Positions 18,442-27,634 of a stretch of DNA of 34,798 bases are shown here, in pieces. Below the pieces are notes generated by a model. That model was not told the origin of the DNA, made no database searches, and saw only the letters and a list, made by a program, of their open reading frames with translations. A program made the translations under genes and the position numbers. Source of the DNA: Euryarchaeota archaeon UBA4. Lineage in GTDB: Archaea > Thermoplasmatota > Poseidoniia > Poseidoniales > Thalassarchaeaceae. Within the stretch, counting starts at the first letter, position 1. Every line of letters begins with the position of its first letter. The DNA lies in assembly GCA_002497985.1 (NCBI GenBank), contig DAFQ01000009.1, forward strand, positions 1-34,798, given 5' to 3'.

Positions 18442-20484
18442 TTACCAGTCACCCTCAAAGGTACAGGTCGGGTCACAATAATCCACTAGGATTCCCGTTA
18501 GCAGGTATCCATATGCCATCATCTTGGCTTCTGGAACTTCCAAGACCAGATTGTGGGCCAGAGAATGATGCCACATTGGCCCATTCGTATTTCCCGTGGG
18601 AAGTGAGGGGAAGTCGCCATCAAAGTAGGCAGCGGAAGAACCATTGATTGGACCATCAACGATTTCGACCCCAAATGGGTGATAAGCAGATCCATTGACA
18701 ACTGGAACATTTCCTGTCCTAACTGCCCTATCTGCAGAAAGGGTAGTCACCTGGGCATCCATCATGGATGTCAGGTAGAACATGTCGAAAGGCTCTAGCT
18801 TGTCACCAAAGCCAGTTTCTCTGAATGGCAAGAAAGTCTCCCCATCTGTAGAGTCCCATATTGACTGAAGTAGCGCTATTGCAATCGCCCTATCCATTCT
18901 GGAAGGCAGTGACAGGTCGCTGGAAAGAAGTTGGTAGAACTCACTGGGGTTTTCTTCAGAGCCATAGTGCGTCGACCTTTCTACCTGGTGAGTGAAAGAC
19001 GTCCCACCCACCCAAAGAACCCCCCACTCTAGTTCTGGAACCATGGCTAGTAGTGAAGGCCCCCTAAGTCCCCCGAGTGAAATTCCTATGTAGTTCACAG
19101 TGTCTTTGTCAATCATGTTGGTTCCATTATGTGTGAACTCAGTGATGTCTGAACAGACCCCTGTTATCGTTCTGACCATGGAAATGTGATTGATAACTGC
19201 CTGCATCTGCCTCTCTTGTTGGTATTGGAACTCAGTGATGTCAACCAAAGCAAATGTCAGTGCGTCATAGTCACCATCTGAGCTCCATCCCTTGAAGTCA
19301 GTGGCTATGACGACTGTCTTGTATTCATTTGCCAGCTCCCTGCCATTGATGACATAGGAGTCCCCATCTCCGAATAGTCCATGTCCAAACACGGTCAGTG
19401 GACCAGATTCATTGTTCTCGGCAAGAGACTTGGGGATGAGCATGGTAAACTCGATCTCTCTGTTCTGAACAAATTCGGGATCCCCTGCCGAGTCCCTCAT
19501 TAGCGGGGATCTCGCATACTGCGCCTCCATGTAGTGGGGCGTTGTAACAGTCCCTCTAATCAGGCGCAGTGAGGTGCCATCCTGGGCATAGTCTTCCTGA
19601 ACCTCTGTAACAGTGCAACCAATACCGGATTCACCAAGTCGGAGCTCTGCATCGTCCCTCATAATTAGGAGATCCTCGAGGATAGACTCAGTAGATGCCG
19701 TATGGAACCACCACGCCGCCTGAAGCCCGTCACGAATGAAACCAGAGTCCTCCAATTTTTCGAACAACACCTCGTAGTCGGAGCGCTGCTCCTCTATCCC
19801 ATCGGAATTCGTATTAATTGAGTCCCTGAGTGCCCTGAATCCATCTGAAGGTGCAATAGGCACCCCTTCTTCGTCGACAAGATTTCTGAAAGCCACTGCG
19901 TATGCAGCATCGTGATCGAGTCCCTCAATGGTCCTCAGGAATAGTATAGTCGGCTCCCCCTCTTGGGCTCTGGCATCCAGCTCAATCCAATGGTGGACCT
20001 TCTCCCCTGTGTCCATGTTGAGTAGTATGCTAGAATGGCCTTCCTCTGTTGAGGGGGAGATGTCGAATTGATTTGACATGCCAGAAATATCGGGTGTTGA
20101 CTCGAATGCTGTGAAGATCTGAGTCGACGGGCTGAATCCATCAAGGCGATCAAGAATAACCATATTGCCGCTCTCGGCAGAGGATGTATCGGGAATTGCC
20201 TCTCCGTCTATATTCAGGCTGTATCCCGTGATCTCGGAGCTATCTTCTTGAAGGAAAGCTCCCGATGGGAATGGGAGCATGCAGTGCAATTGGTTTGTCT
20301 CATCACAAAATTCTGAATTGGCAATTTCCAGAATCTCTTCCTCATTTCCCGTTTCATTTTCTATCGGATCAATTACTTCCTGTTCTTGAATCTGTGTCTC
20401 TTCATCAGTGATTCTTTCTGTGCCAAGACACCCTGGGAGAACGAGAATTAGAACTACTAGTAACGATAACATTCTGCGAGACAT
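18442..20484 (-). CDS. Secreted lipoprotein alpha/beta hydrolase, lipase (Pla-1/cef)-like
   Basis: Signal peptide with lipobox LPGC; PFPS and LDGFSP N-terminal motifs; FGHGLFG oxyanion region; GISLGG nucleophile elbow; candidate Asp (DAQV) and His near the C-terminus. Confidence 0.72.
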   Translation of the reverse strand: MSRRMLSLLVVLILVLPGCLGTERITDEETQIQEQEVIDPIENETGNEEEILEIANSEFCDETNQLHCMLPFPSGAFLQEDSSEITGYSLNIDGEAIPDTSSAESGNMVILDRLDGFSPSTQIFTAFESTPDISGMSNQFDISPSTEEGHSSILLNMDTGEKVHHWIELDARAQEGEPTILFLRTIEGLDHDAAYAVAFRNLVDEEGVPIAPSDGFRALRDSINTNSDGIEEQRSDYEVLFEKLEDSGFIRDGLQAAWWFHTASTESILEDLLIMRDDAELRLGESGIGCTVTEVQEDYAQDGTSLRLIRGTVTTPHYMEAQYARSPLMRDSAGDPEFVQNREIEFTMLIPKSLAENNESGPLTVFGHGLFGDGDSYVINGRELANEYKTVVIATDFKGWSSDGDYDALTFALVDITEFQYQQERQMQAVINHISMVRTITGVCSDITEFTHNGTNMIDKDTVNYIGISLGGLRGPSLLAMVPELEWGVLWVGGTSFTHQVERSTHYGSEENPSEFYQLLSSDLSLPSRMDRAIAIALLQSIWDSTDGETFLPFRETGFGDKLEPFDMFYLTSMMDAQVTTLSADRAVRTGNVPVVNGSAYHPFGVEIVDGPINGSSAAYFDGDFPSLPTGNTNGPMWHHSLAHNLVLEVPEAKMMAYGYLLTGILVDYCDPTCTFEGDW

Positions 20485-20519
20485 GGAACCGCGACCCAGC
20501 ATCAGGATATCAAACAAAC

Positions 20520-21770
20520 TCAACAAGATGTGCACCAAACATCTTCCGGCATCCCGCCCTCGATGAATTCAATGAACCAATCCATAAATATCACACCTTC
20601 AACTTCCAACTCATAGAACCAACTAGAGAAGAGAATCCCGTGCCCATCGCCTGGGGCGATGTATCCTGCGATTTCATACCCCTCACTCTCTATGTGTTCT
20701 TCTGAAACCCGGAGCCTCCAGTTGTAGTCTTCGGGCGGATTATCAAGTAGTCCATTGAAATATCTCATTGTATTGTCCTGCGCTGAGTCGAATCTGCCTA
20801 TCCTAATCGTCGGGTCATACATGGAAAGGAAAATATCGAGATGCGCACTAGTCATGTTATTCCAGTTGAGAGAAGATCCGTTGTAGGTCAATCCTTCTAG
20901 CCAACTCTGAGTGGCGTTATGTAGCCCCCAAGAGGCGTTTAGGTCAACGGTTCCAGTGCTAGTGACACCGCCCGTACTGTCGTGGAATACGGTGATGTTT
21001 GCACCAGGTATGGCTTCTGCCAGATTGCCCGCGAAGAATCCTGCAGCTATGGCTCCCCCACTCGAGCCGAGGACATAGAAAGTAGTGGCGCTGCCCAAGG
21101 TCTCCACGAAGTGATCAAAGGCAGTCATGGCATTGGGGTATCCCTTGTGCTGCATCACATTGTCACCGTACCTTACAGTCGCATTGCCCATGTGGACGTC
21201 TCCCGTGCAATAAGGGACAAACACCATTGACGCGTCAATTAGCGGATTCTCCCTGTTATTGAGATCCAGTATCCCTCCCCACCCTGTTGGATTCTGCCAA
21301 TAGGCCCCAGTGGAGGAAGAGTTCTCAATTGTGCAAGTGAACTCGTCCCAGCAAGCACCCCCTCCATTCAGGAAAAGGACTGCAACGTCCGAGTCCCCCT
21401 CTCTGGAGTAGAATGAGTATTCGGACCCGTCAGAACACATGCACTCTTCATTTTCGGGAATGTGCTTCTCCCACTGGTCGGTATAAGTGGGCTCCCAGTA
21501 ATCACAACTTAGATCGTCATCAGTTGCTCCCGAATCATAGTTCGTAGCGTTGGAATCCATACAACCTGGAATCTCGTCGAAGTCCCAAACCCCATCTCCA
21601 TCGGAGTCGGGGTAAGTGCATTCTCCCTCTGCAGTCGCGTCCGGATTGTAATTTTCCGCCAATTCATCCATACATCCACTGATTTCTTCCACAACGTCCC
21701 CTGAGCAACCCGAGAGGAGCATGCTGATGATTAGGAGGAACGATGTTGCCTGAGCGGCACTGCGCTTCAT
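20520..21770 (-). CDS. Lipoprotein, pectinacetylesterase/Notum-like esterase with N-terminal GCMD repeats
   Basis: Lipobox LSGC; two GCMD..A.NY...AT repeats; CSDGS, LNGGGACWD, VPYCTGDVHMG, GSSGG, GHGIL. Confidence 0.82.
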   Translation of the reverse strand: MKRSAAQATSFLLIISMLLSGCSGDVVEEISGCMDELAENYNPDATAEGECTYPDSDGDGVWDFDEIPGCMDSNATNYDSGATDDDLSCDYWEPTYTDQWEKHIPENEECMCSDGSEYSFYSREGDSDVAVLFLNGGGACWDEFTCTIENSSSTGAYWQNPTGWGGILDLNNRENPLIDASMVFVPYCTGDVHMGNATVRYGDNVMQHKGYPNAMTAFDHFVETLGSATTFYVLGSSGGAIAAGFFAGNLAEAIPGANITVFHDSTGGVTSTGTVDLNASWGLHNATQSWLEGLTYNGSSLNWNNMTSAHLDIFLSMYDPTIRIGRFDSAQDNTMRYFNGLLDNPPEDYNWRLRVSEEHIESEGYEIAGYIAPGDGHGILFSSWFYELEVEGVIFMDWFIEFIEGGMPEDVWCTSC

Positions 21771-21790
21771 CGACTACGTTACCGCTATTC

Positions 21791-21800
21791 CAATTATATA
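21791..21800 (-). promoter_or_regulatory. Archaeal TATA box, probably for a leaderless transcript of the esterase gene
   Basis: Minus strand reads TATATAATTG, 21-30 nt upstream of the ATG at 21770. Confidence 0.5.
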
Positions 21801-21806
21801 GTCATC

Positions 21807-22868
21807 TCACGTATCTTCAAACAGCATTCTGTGGAAGTGGTGAACGCCGGTCTCTCTTGTGGTCGAATATCGCCCTCTGTCATAGGAACTAGAAGATACA
21901 CCCCTCTGCGTGGCTTCAACGATATGCTGATCCTCTTCTTCGACCTTGTCTAAGTCTCCACCGGCACCCTTCCCTAGTTTTGACTCATCCCATACAAATC
22001 CATGATAGACAATTTTTGTCCTCCTCACGGAAATTGGAATCACGATGTTTACGGAAAGTCCCCATGGGTAAAAGTTCAGCATCACCCCTGGAAACAACCA
22101 GTAGTAGTAAGCAGCAACTCTCTTCCCAAAGTCAGGCGATGAATCTGGAAGATCGAAAGTGTCCTCATCCCCATTGGCAATGCCAATCTGAAGAACGCCC
22201 CCCTCGAATAGCTCGGTTGAGTACGAGTCATAGTCTAGAGCATCATGTAGGTCGCCATGTACGAAGGGTATGTGAAATCCCTCCAAGTAGTTGTCAACGT
22301 AAAGTGCCCAGTTTGCATCTATTTCGTAAGAACGATGACGCGATTCGTCATGCTGGAATTCATCAATCGGCATCCACCCTATTCTTTCCTCCATAACATC
22401 GAATACAGAGTCATAGCGAGATGGCGTGATGCCGGTAAAGATAATCCCCTTCCATTCCATTATTGGAAATTCTGGCAGGTTGTCCTGATCAGATGGGAAG
22501 TTTTTCACACCACCAAATTCAGGCATGTTCCTGAAGCAACCGTCAAGGCCGAATGTACGGCCATGGTATCCACATTTGATGGACGAAGAGTTGCATTTCT
22601 CAGTCACAAGGATCATGCCTCTGTGGGTGCACACATTGGACAAGCACCTAACTTCCTCAGAGATGGTTAGCGCCATGGCCTCTCCAACCATCGCCTCCAT
22701 GTGATTAAGTGGAATTGAGCTAGCCCCTTCCAATTGACTCCGGTGAGCGGCAAAGTGCCAGCAGTTACCGAAACTCGAAACTATTTCCCGAAAACTCTCG
22801 TTTTCCGTGTAGAATCTGGATGGAAGAGTCATGGATTTGGAGATGTCAGGGTCAATTGGTTGACTCAT
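21807..22868 (-). CDS. Rieske non-heme iron oxygenase alpha subunit, choline monooxygenase-like
   Basis: TLPSRFY; Rieske ligands CTHRG and CGYHG; mononuclear site DNYLEGFHIPFVH and EEDQ; C-terminal ETGVHHFH. Confidence 0.88.
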   Translation of the reverse strand: MSQPIDPDISKSMTLPSRFYTENESFREIVSSFGNCWHFAAHRSQLEGASSIPLNHMEAMVGEAMALTISEEVRCLSNVCTHRGMILVTEKCNSSSIKCGYHGRTFGLDGCFRNMPEFGGVKNFPSDQDNLPEFPIMEWKGIIFTGITPSRYDSVFDVMEERIGWMPIDEFQHDESRHRSYEIDANWALYVDNYLEGFHIPFVHGDLHDALDYDSYSTELFEGGVLQIGIANGDEDTFDLPDSSPDFGKRVAAYYYWLFPGVMLNFYPWGLSVNIVIPISVRRTKIVYHGFVWDESKLGKGAGGDLDKVEEEDQHIVEATQRGVSSSSYDRGRYSTTRETGVHHFHRMLFEDT

Positions 22869-23379
22869 CCTCACTCGCCTCGGCCACTATTACCCTAGCG
22901 GCCCTAAGTACTCTTTCATGTAGCAAGTAACCTTCCTCCACCACCTCAACCACGGAACCCGGCTCAACCCCATCCGGCGCAGAAACCGTAGCTATCGCCT
23001 CCATGCACGTAGGATCAAACTGACTCCCTACGGCCTCGATGTGTACAACTCCCTCGGAACCAAGGGCTGTTTTCATCCCCTCCAGGGTCATTTTGACCCC
23101 CTCCAGAAAAGCCTCCGAGGAAGAATCATCGAAATTGGAGATTGCCTTATCCAAACCACCCAGAAGTGGCAGCATCTTTCTGGAAAGGCCCGATGCACCG
23201 AATTTGATGGCCTCTGTCTTGTCTCTGGCGGCCCGCTGTCTAACATTCGCAATTTCTGCAGCTGAGTATTGCAACTCCTTCTCCAATCGAGCAATCTCGG
23301 CTTCCATTTTCTCGTCCTGGTTCTCGATATTCTGTGAATCCTCAGATTCCGGGCCGTCACCACTCGTCTCGTCGTTCAC
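22852..23379 (-). CDS. grpE: Nucleotide exchange factor GrpE
   Basis: AEIANVRQR, FDPTCMEAI, EEGYLLHERVLRAARVIVA. Confidence 0.93.
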   Translation of the reverse strand: MNDETSGDGPESEDSQNIENQDEKMEAEIARLEKELQYSAAEIANVRQRAARDKTEAIKFGASGLSRKMLPLLGGLDKAISNFDDSSSEAFLEGVKMTLEGMKTALGSEGVVHIEAVGSQFDPTCMEAIATVSAPDGVEPGSVVEVVEEGYLLHERVLRAARVIVAEASEDESTN

Positions 23380-23417
23380 GTACCCACGTCCCTATTCGTA
23401 TTCAATAATCCAATGGT

Positions 23418-25187
23418 TTAGTTAGTATAGAAATACTCGCCAGACGCCTTTTGTTCCCTGTCCTTAACGCTATCCGGCTTGTTGATTCGAGGCCTTTTCG
23501 ACTCGTGGTCACGCCTGAAGGTCACCCCGACGCCTGACAGGAACCTGTTCATTCCCTTTCGAAGGCTCAGTGGCCCCATGGCGAAGCCAGATTTCCCTCC
23601 CTCTCCCTCGAAGACCAGGAGTGAGTCACTGACAATGTCGATGAAGTAAATGTCATGATCAATGACCATAGCAGCCTTTTCGTTGCTTTCCATGGTTCTC
23701 CTGATGGCCTTGGCTGCCTCCATCCTTGCATTAGCATCCAGATGGGCACTCGGTTCGTCCATTAGATACAAGTCAGCCTCTCTACCTAGGCAAATCGCTA
23801 TGCTCACTGCTTGCAATTCCCCTCCGGAAAGCCTCTGAGCTTGCAAATCAAGCATCTTGTCAACCTGAAGTGGTCTGATTACCTGGGTGTGGAACTCGCC
23901 CGAGCGCCACTTCCCGCCTATTTCCGTGTCCAACCAGTCCTGAACACTTCCTTCAAAGTCGGTACTGACATGTTGAGGCTTGTACGAAACATTGGCTTCC
24001 ATCGTGCACCACCCCTGATCCGGTTCGATCTCCCCAGCAATCATTCGGACCATTGTCGACTTTCCTGTCGCGTTGGGCCCGACAACCCCAATCACCTCGG
24101 CAGAGCGAACTTCACCCTGGCCGGTTTTGAGTTGGAAATCCCCCAACTTCTTCTCCATATCCCCCCATTGCAGGATCGGGATTCCAATGTCCTCGCCTCT
24201 GGTCCTCCCTCTGACGAATCGTATCGGTTTGTCCCTAATCCTCACGTTCTCCTCTGCCAGGAAGCCATCGAGGTATGCGTTAATGGCGGTCCGAGTTGAA
24301 CGGGGCGGCGTGAAAATCCCATATGCAGCACGCTCTCCGTAAATTATGTGCAGAAGATCGCAAAGAACATCTAGAATCGCTAGGTCGTGCTCTACTACCA
24401 AGACCCTCTTTCCCTTGGAAGCCAAGTCTTGTATGATGCCAACCATCCGCATCCTCTCATAGATGTCCAAGTAGGAAGAAGGCTCGTCGAAGAAGTAAAC
24501 ATCGGCTTCCTTGAGTATGGTGGCACAGATGGCGACACGTTGCAACTCTCCCCCAGAGAGTCCAGTCAGATCCCTCTCCAGAAGGTGGTCAACTGCTATC
24601 CTCTTGGCACACTCCTCTAGATCCCCCCTATCGTCTACTCGTGAAAGGAGCCCTCTCACCTTTCCATCCCAGAGTTTGGGCAGCTTGTCGATGTACTGGG
24701 GCTTGACTGCGATGCTAACCTCGCCTTCAGAGACTAGTCCCAAGTAGTCCCGCAACTCCCCCCGGGGGAACGTGGAGACAACCTCCTCCCAATCTGGAGG
24801 TGGATTTTGCCAGTCACCAAGGTTCGGCCTTACTGATCCAGATAGGAGATTTATTGCTGTAGACTTGCCTATGCCATTCGGCCCTAGAATTCCAACTACT
24901 GATTCTTTGGCAGGCGTCGGTAGTCGGAACAATCGGAACCCATTGAGGCTGTAACGATGGGTCATATCATGATCTAGCTCCTCAGGCAGATTGATGATCT
25001 TGACCGCGTCACCCGGGCAAAGTTTAGCCCTAGTGAAACACACTGGGCATGCCATCTCAAGGATCTTGAATTTGCCATCCTCGAGTTGTATGCACTCACC
25101 GCCACACATGCCAGCATATTTCTCGAGGTACATGAAAGCCGAGCTGTTCGGCTTGCACCTTTCCTCCAGCAATACCGCTATCCTCAT
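23418..25187 (-). CDS. rli: ABCE1/RLI ribosome-recycling ATPase with divergent Fe-S domain
   Basis: MRIAV start, IINLP, HRY...FRLFRLP, two NBDs (GPNGIGKST, GPNATGKST, LSGGELQ twice, DEPS twice), RPRINK, GEYFY end. Confidence 0.95.
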   Translation of the reverse strand: MRIAVLLEERCKPNSSAFMYLEKYAGMCGGECIQLEDGKFKILEMACPVCFTRAKLCPGDAVKIINLPEELDHDMTHRYSLNGFRLFRLPTPAKESVVGILGPNGIGKSTAINLLSGSVRPNLGDWQNPPPDWEEVVSTFPRGELRDYLGLVSEGEVSIAVKPQYIDKLPKLWDGKVRGLLSRVDDRGDLEECAKRIAVDHLLERDLTGLSGGELQRVAICATILKEADVYFFDEPSSYLDIYERMRMVGIIQDLASKGKRVLVVEHDLAILDVLCDLLHIIYGERAAYGIFTPPRSTRTAINAYLDGFLAEENVRIRDKPIRFVRGRTRGEDIGIPILQWGDMEKKLGDFQLKTGQGEVRSAEVIGVVGPNATGKSTMVRMIAGEIEPDQGWCTMEANVSYKPQHVSTDFEGSVQDWLDTEIGGKWRSGEFHTQVIRPLQVDKMLDLQAQRLSGGELQAVSIAICLGREADLYLMDEPSAHLDANARMEAAKAIRRTMESNEKAAMVIDHDIYFIDIVSDSLLVFEGEGGKSGFAMGPLSLRKGMNRFLSGVGVTFRRDHESKRPRINKPDSVKDREQKASGEYFYTN

Positions 25188-25253
25188 GACATTCCCTCTT
25201 GCAATTCGCTCAATACTTCTTCTGTCCTTCACGCCTATGGCGGCCCTTTGTAC

Positions 25254-26504
25254 TCATACCGCCAAGAAGCGGTACCTGGCATACACATATCCAGCTAGGG
25301 CGATTTTCTCCGACTTCGACAGCTGAACCCTCTCGGTGAAAACATCGCCCCCCTTCTTCTTTATCTTCGACATGATGGATTCGTAGAACTTCGCCATTGC
25401 AGCAGGCGAGTACCTGGATGCCTTGTCTAGCATGGGGAGAAGTTTGAATGCCCTGTCCCTGTAACGATCAGCTTGTTCGATGAAGTCCTCGACAAACGGC
25501 TTCCATCCTGGGTTGGAGAGCATGGAGCCCCCATTTAGGATGTCTTCCGGAGTGATGCCAAACCTGGCGAGATCCTCAACAGGAAGGTAAATCCTGTTTC
25601 TGGCAGCGTCTTCTGCAACGTCCCTTAGGATATTTGTCAGTTGCATGTAGATTCCCCAAGCTTCTGCATACTCCCTCGCTAGAGGGTCATCGTACCCGTA
25701 TATCTCAATGCAAACCAAACCCACCGTTGAAGCAACGCGATAGCAGTAAGAATAGAGATCTTCGAAGGTTTCGTAGCGGTTTCTGTGGAAGTCATCTTCC
25801 ATTCCACTGATCATATCGTCCAACGATTGGCGATGAATCCCAAAAGTCTGCACAGTGTCCTTCAATGCAATGAAAATAGGGTCAGTGGACGTTACATCCT
25901 CGTAAGCTGTGGACAATTTCTTCCTGTAGTAGAAAAGTTGCGACATCTTGTCGTTGTAGGACGATCTTTCCACGACGGGCTCCCCTCTTGTCAGCCTCTC
26001 GATCCTCTCTCTGTAGTCCCGCGACTCCGGGTCATCAGACGACCCACCGGGAAAGTGATCGACGTAGTCCCCATCGGCAATGTCATCGGCCCTGCGGCAG
26101 AATGCGTAGTAGGCACAAATGGAACGCCTCTGAAGGTCCGGGAGGTACTTGAACGAGTGGTAGAAGTTACCAGCCTCCCTCCTCGTCAACTCCTCGCAGT
26201 AGTCATATGCGGTTTCAATGATACTTTGCGGGACCTCTGGCTCGGACCAAATCGCAGCATCCACATGGGCAAATGGGTTGACCAACTCTCCTCTCGGACC
26301 AATTACGCCCATGAAAATGGCCCCTTCACGAACTGCTTCTAGGGCGGTAATGCTAATCGCTCTGGCAGCTTCTTTGGTCACGCCCACGGTTCTACGGACT
26401 CTTTCTATGCTCCTAGATTCAACATCCGGCTCAACTATCGAAATGCTCCGCTCGCTAACCAATCCCAACGGTCGGACGGTGTCCGGCTCGTGCGTTTCAG
26501 TCAT
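25254..26504 (-). CDS. Phytoene/squalene synthase family protein (CrtB/HpnD-like) with N-terminal extension
   Basis: NFYHSF, YAFCRRADDIAD, YCYRVASTVG, QLTNILRDVAED..RIYLP. Confidence 0.88.
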   Translation of the reverse strand: MTETHEPDTVRPLGLVSERSISIVEPDVESRSIERVRRTVGVTKEAARAISITALEAVREGAIFMGVIGPRGELVNPFAHVDAAIWSEPEVPQSIIETAYDYCEELTRREAGNFYHSFKYLPDLQRRSICAYYAFCRRADDIADGDYVDHFPGGSSDDPESRDYRERIERLTRGEPVVERSSYNDKMSQLFYYRKKLSTAYEDVTSTDPIFIALKDTVQTFGIHRQSLDDMISGMEDDFHRNRYETFEDLYSYCYRVASTVGLVCIEIYGYDDPLAREYAEAWGIYMQLTNILRDVAEDAARNRIYLPVEDLARFGITPEDILNGGSMLSNPGWKPFVEDFIEQADRYRDRAFKLLPMLDKASRYSPAAMAKFYESIMSKIKKKGGDVFTERVQLSKSEKIALAGYVYARYRFLAV

Positions 26505-26588
26505 GCTCCTTCGTTCCGAGCGCCAAAGGCCTGCTATTGAACCTCACCCAAGTTTGGGCGAATAATCATTCGAGCCCTTAGGGCTCGA

Positions 26589-27596
26589 TTATTCCCTCTG
26601 GGACTTGAGTAGCTTGGAGCACCTTCTCTTCGAAGATATTGACAGCACCGTCTTCTTAGTCAGCTCATTTATTTCATCCCGGGAAATTTTTACTCTATTT
26701 TCCCCATCAAGGACGTTGTCCTCCCTTAGGAGTGAGATGGTCCTCTGCCCGATGAGTACAGGTAGCATGCACGCCCCCCTCAGTCTGAATTGGGAATATG
26801 GCAGCATTTCGATATATTCAATCGCCGAATCAAGATGTTCGTCTGCCCTGTCTAGTAATTGGTCGAATAGCTCTCTGAATTTCTCCATATTGCCTGGTTC
26901 CTTGAGGTCTTCTGGGACGAGTCCATGACTCTCTAATTGATCGAGTGGGATGTAACATCTGCCTAGTCGCAAATCTTCAGGGATGTCTCGCAGTATGTTG
27001 ATTAGCTGTAGCGCCTTTCCGAATCTTACGCCTTTTTCAAAGAGCTTCTTCTCGGTCTCCCTGTTTACCTTGAATTGATGTTCAAGGGACATGCTAGTCC
27101 AGAACTCACCAACACTCCCGGCTACCCTGTATGCATAGTCATCTAACTCATCGTAGTTTCTCAGAGGCGTTATCACGTTCCCTTTCCCCGCTCCAAATCT
27201 TTGCAAATCAAGGCTCTGGCCTCCGACAATAATTCCCAAACAAGTTCTGATGATTTCCCTGTCCCTCTCGGGTAGTTCGAATAGTAACTGTATGGGCTCC
27301 TCCGCTCTGGAAAGAAGCCTGGCTTCAGCGGGGTTCTTCTGATATTTCGCGAGATCGGACATATCTGGCATTGAATCAGATAGTCCCTGCGCCCTATCGT
27401 TGTAGGATTCCAGAGTTTCCAACAGTTCTTCCGTAGTGCCGCTATTGGAATCGGCAATAGTGTCTGCAATCCTCGCTAGCAGATACAGAAGCCCCATCTG
27501 CTTCCTGACTCCCGATGGAAGCTTATTCAGGGTGAGGTAGAATGATCTCGACGTCTCTTCGAGTAACTTGTCAATAGATGGTTCCAGTCCTCCCAT
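26589..27596 (-). CDS. Squalene synthase-like (farnesyl-diphosphate farnesyltransferase-type) protein
   Basis: TSRSF, YLLARIADTIAD, YAYRVAGSVGEFWT, ALQLINILRDIPED..GRCYIP; GGAGGGA RBS-like site upstream of ATG 27596. Confidence 0.85.
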   Translation of the reverse strand: MGGLEPSIDKLLEETSRSFYLTLNKLPSGVRKQMGLLYLLARIADTIADSNSGTTEELLETLESYNDRAQGLSDSMPDMSDLAKYQKNPAEARLLSRAEEPIQLLFELPERDREIIRTCLGIIVGGQSLDLQRFGAGKGNVITPLRNYDELDDYAYRVAGSVGEFWTSMSLEHQFKVNRETEKKLFEKGVRFGKALQLINILRDIPEDLRLGRCYIPLDQLESHGLVPEDLKEPGNMEKFRELFDQLLDRADEHLDSAIEYIEMLPYSQFRLRGACMLPVLIGQRTISLLREDNVLDGENRVKISRDEINELTKKTVLSISSKRRCSKLLKSQRE

Positions 27597-27634
27597 GCAA
27601 ACTCCCTCCAAGTGCCCCCCCGGGCACCATGCAT

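Noticed and set aside
25254-27596. Hopanoid cluster or tetraether-lipid synthase
   Set aside because: No squalene-hopene cyclase or HpnE is present, and tetraether coupling is known to be done by the radical-SAM enzyme Tes, not this family.
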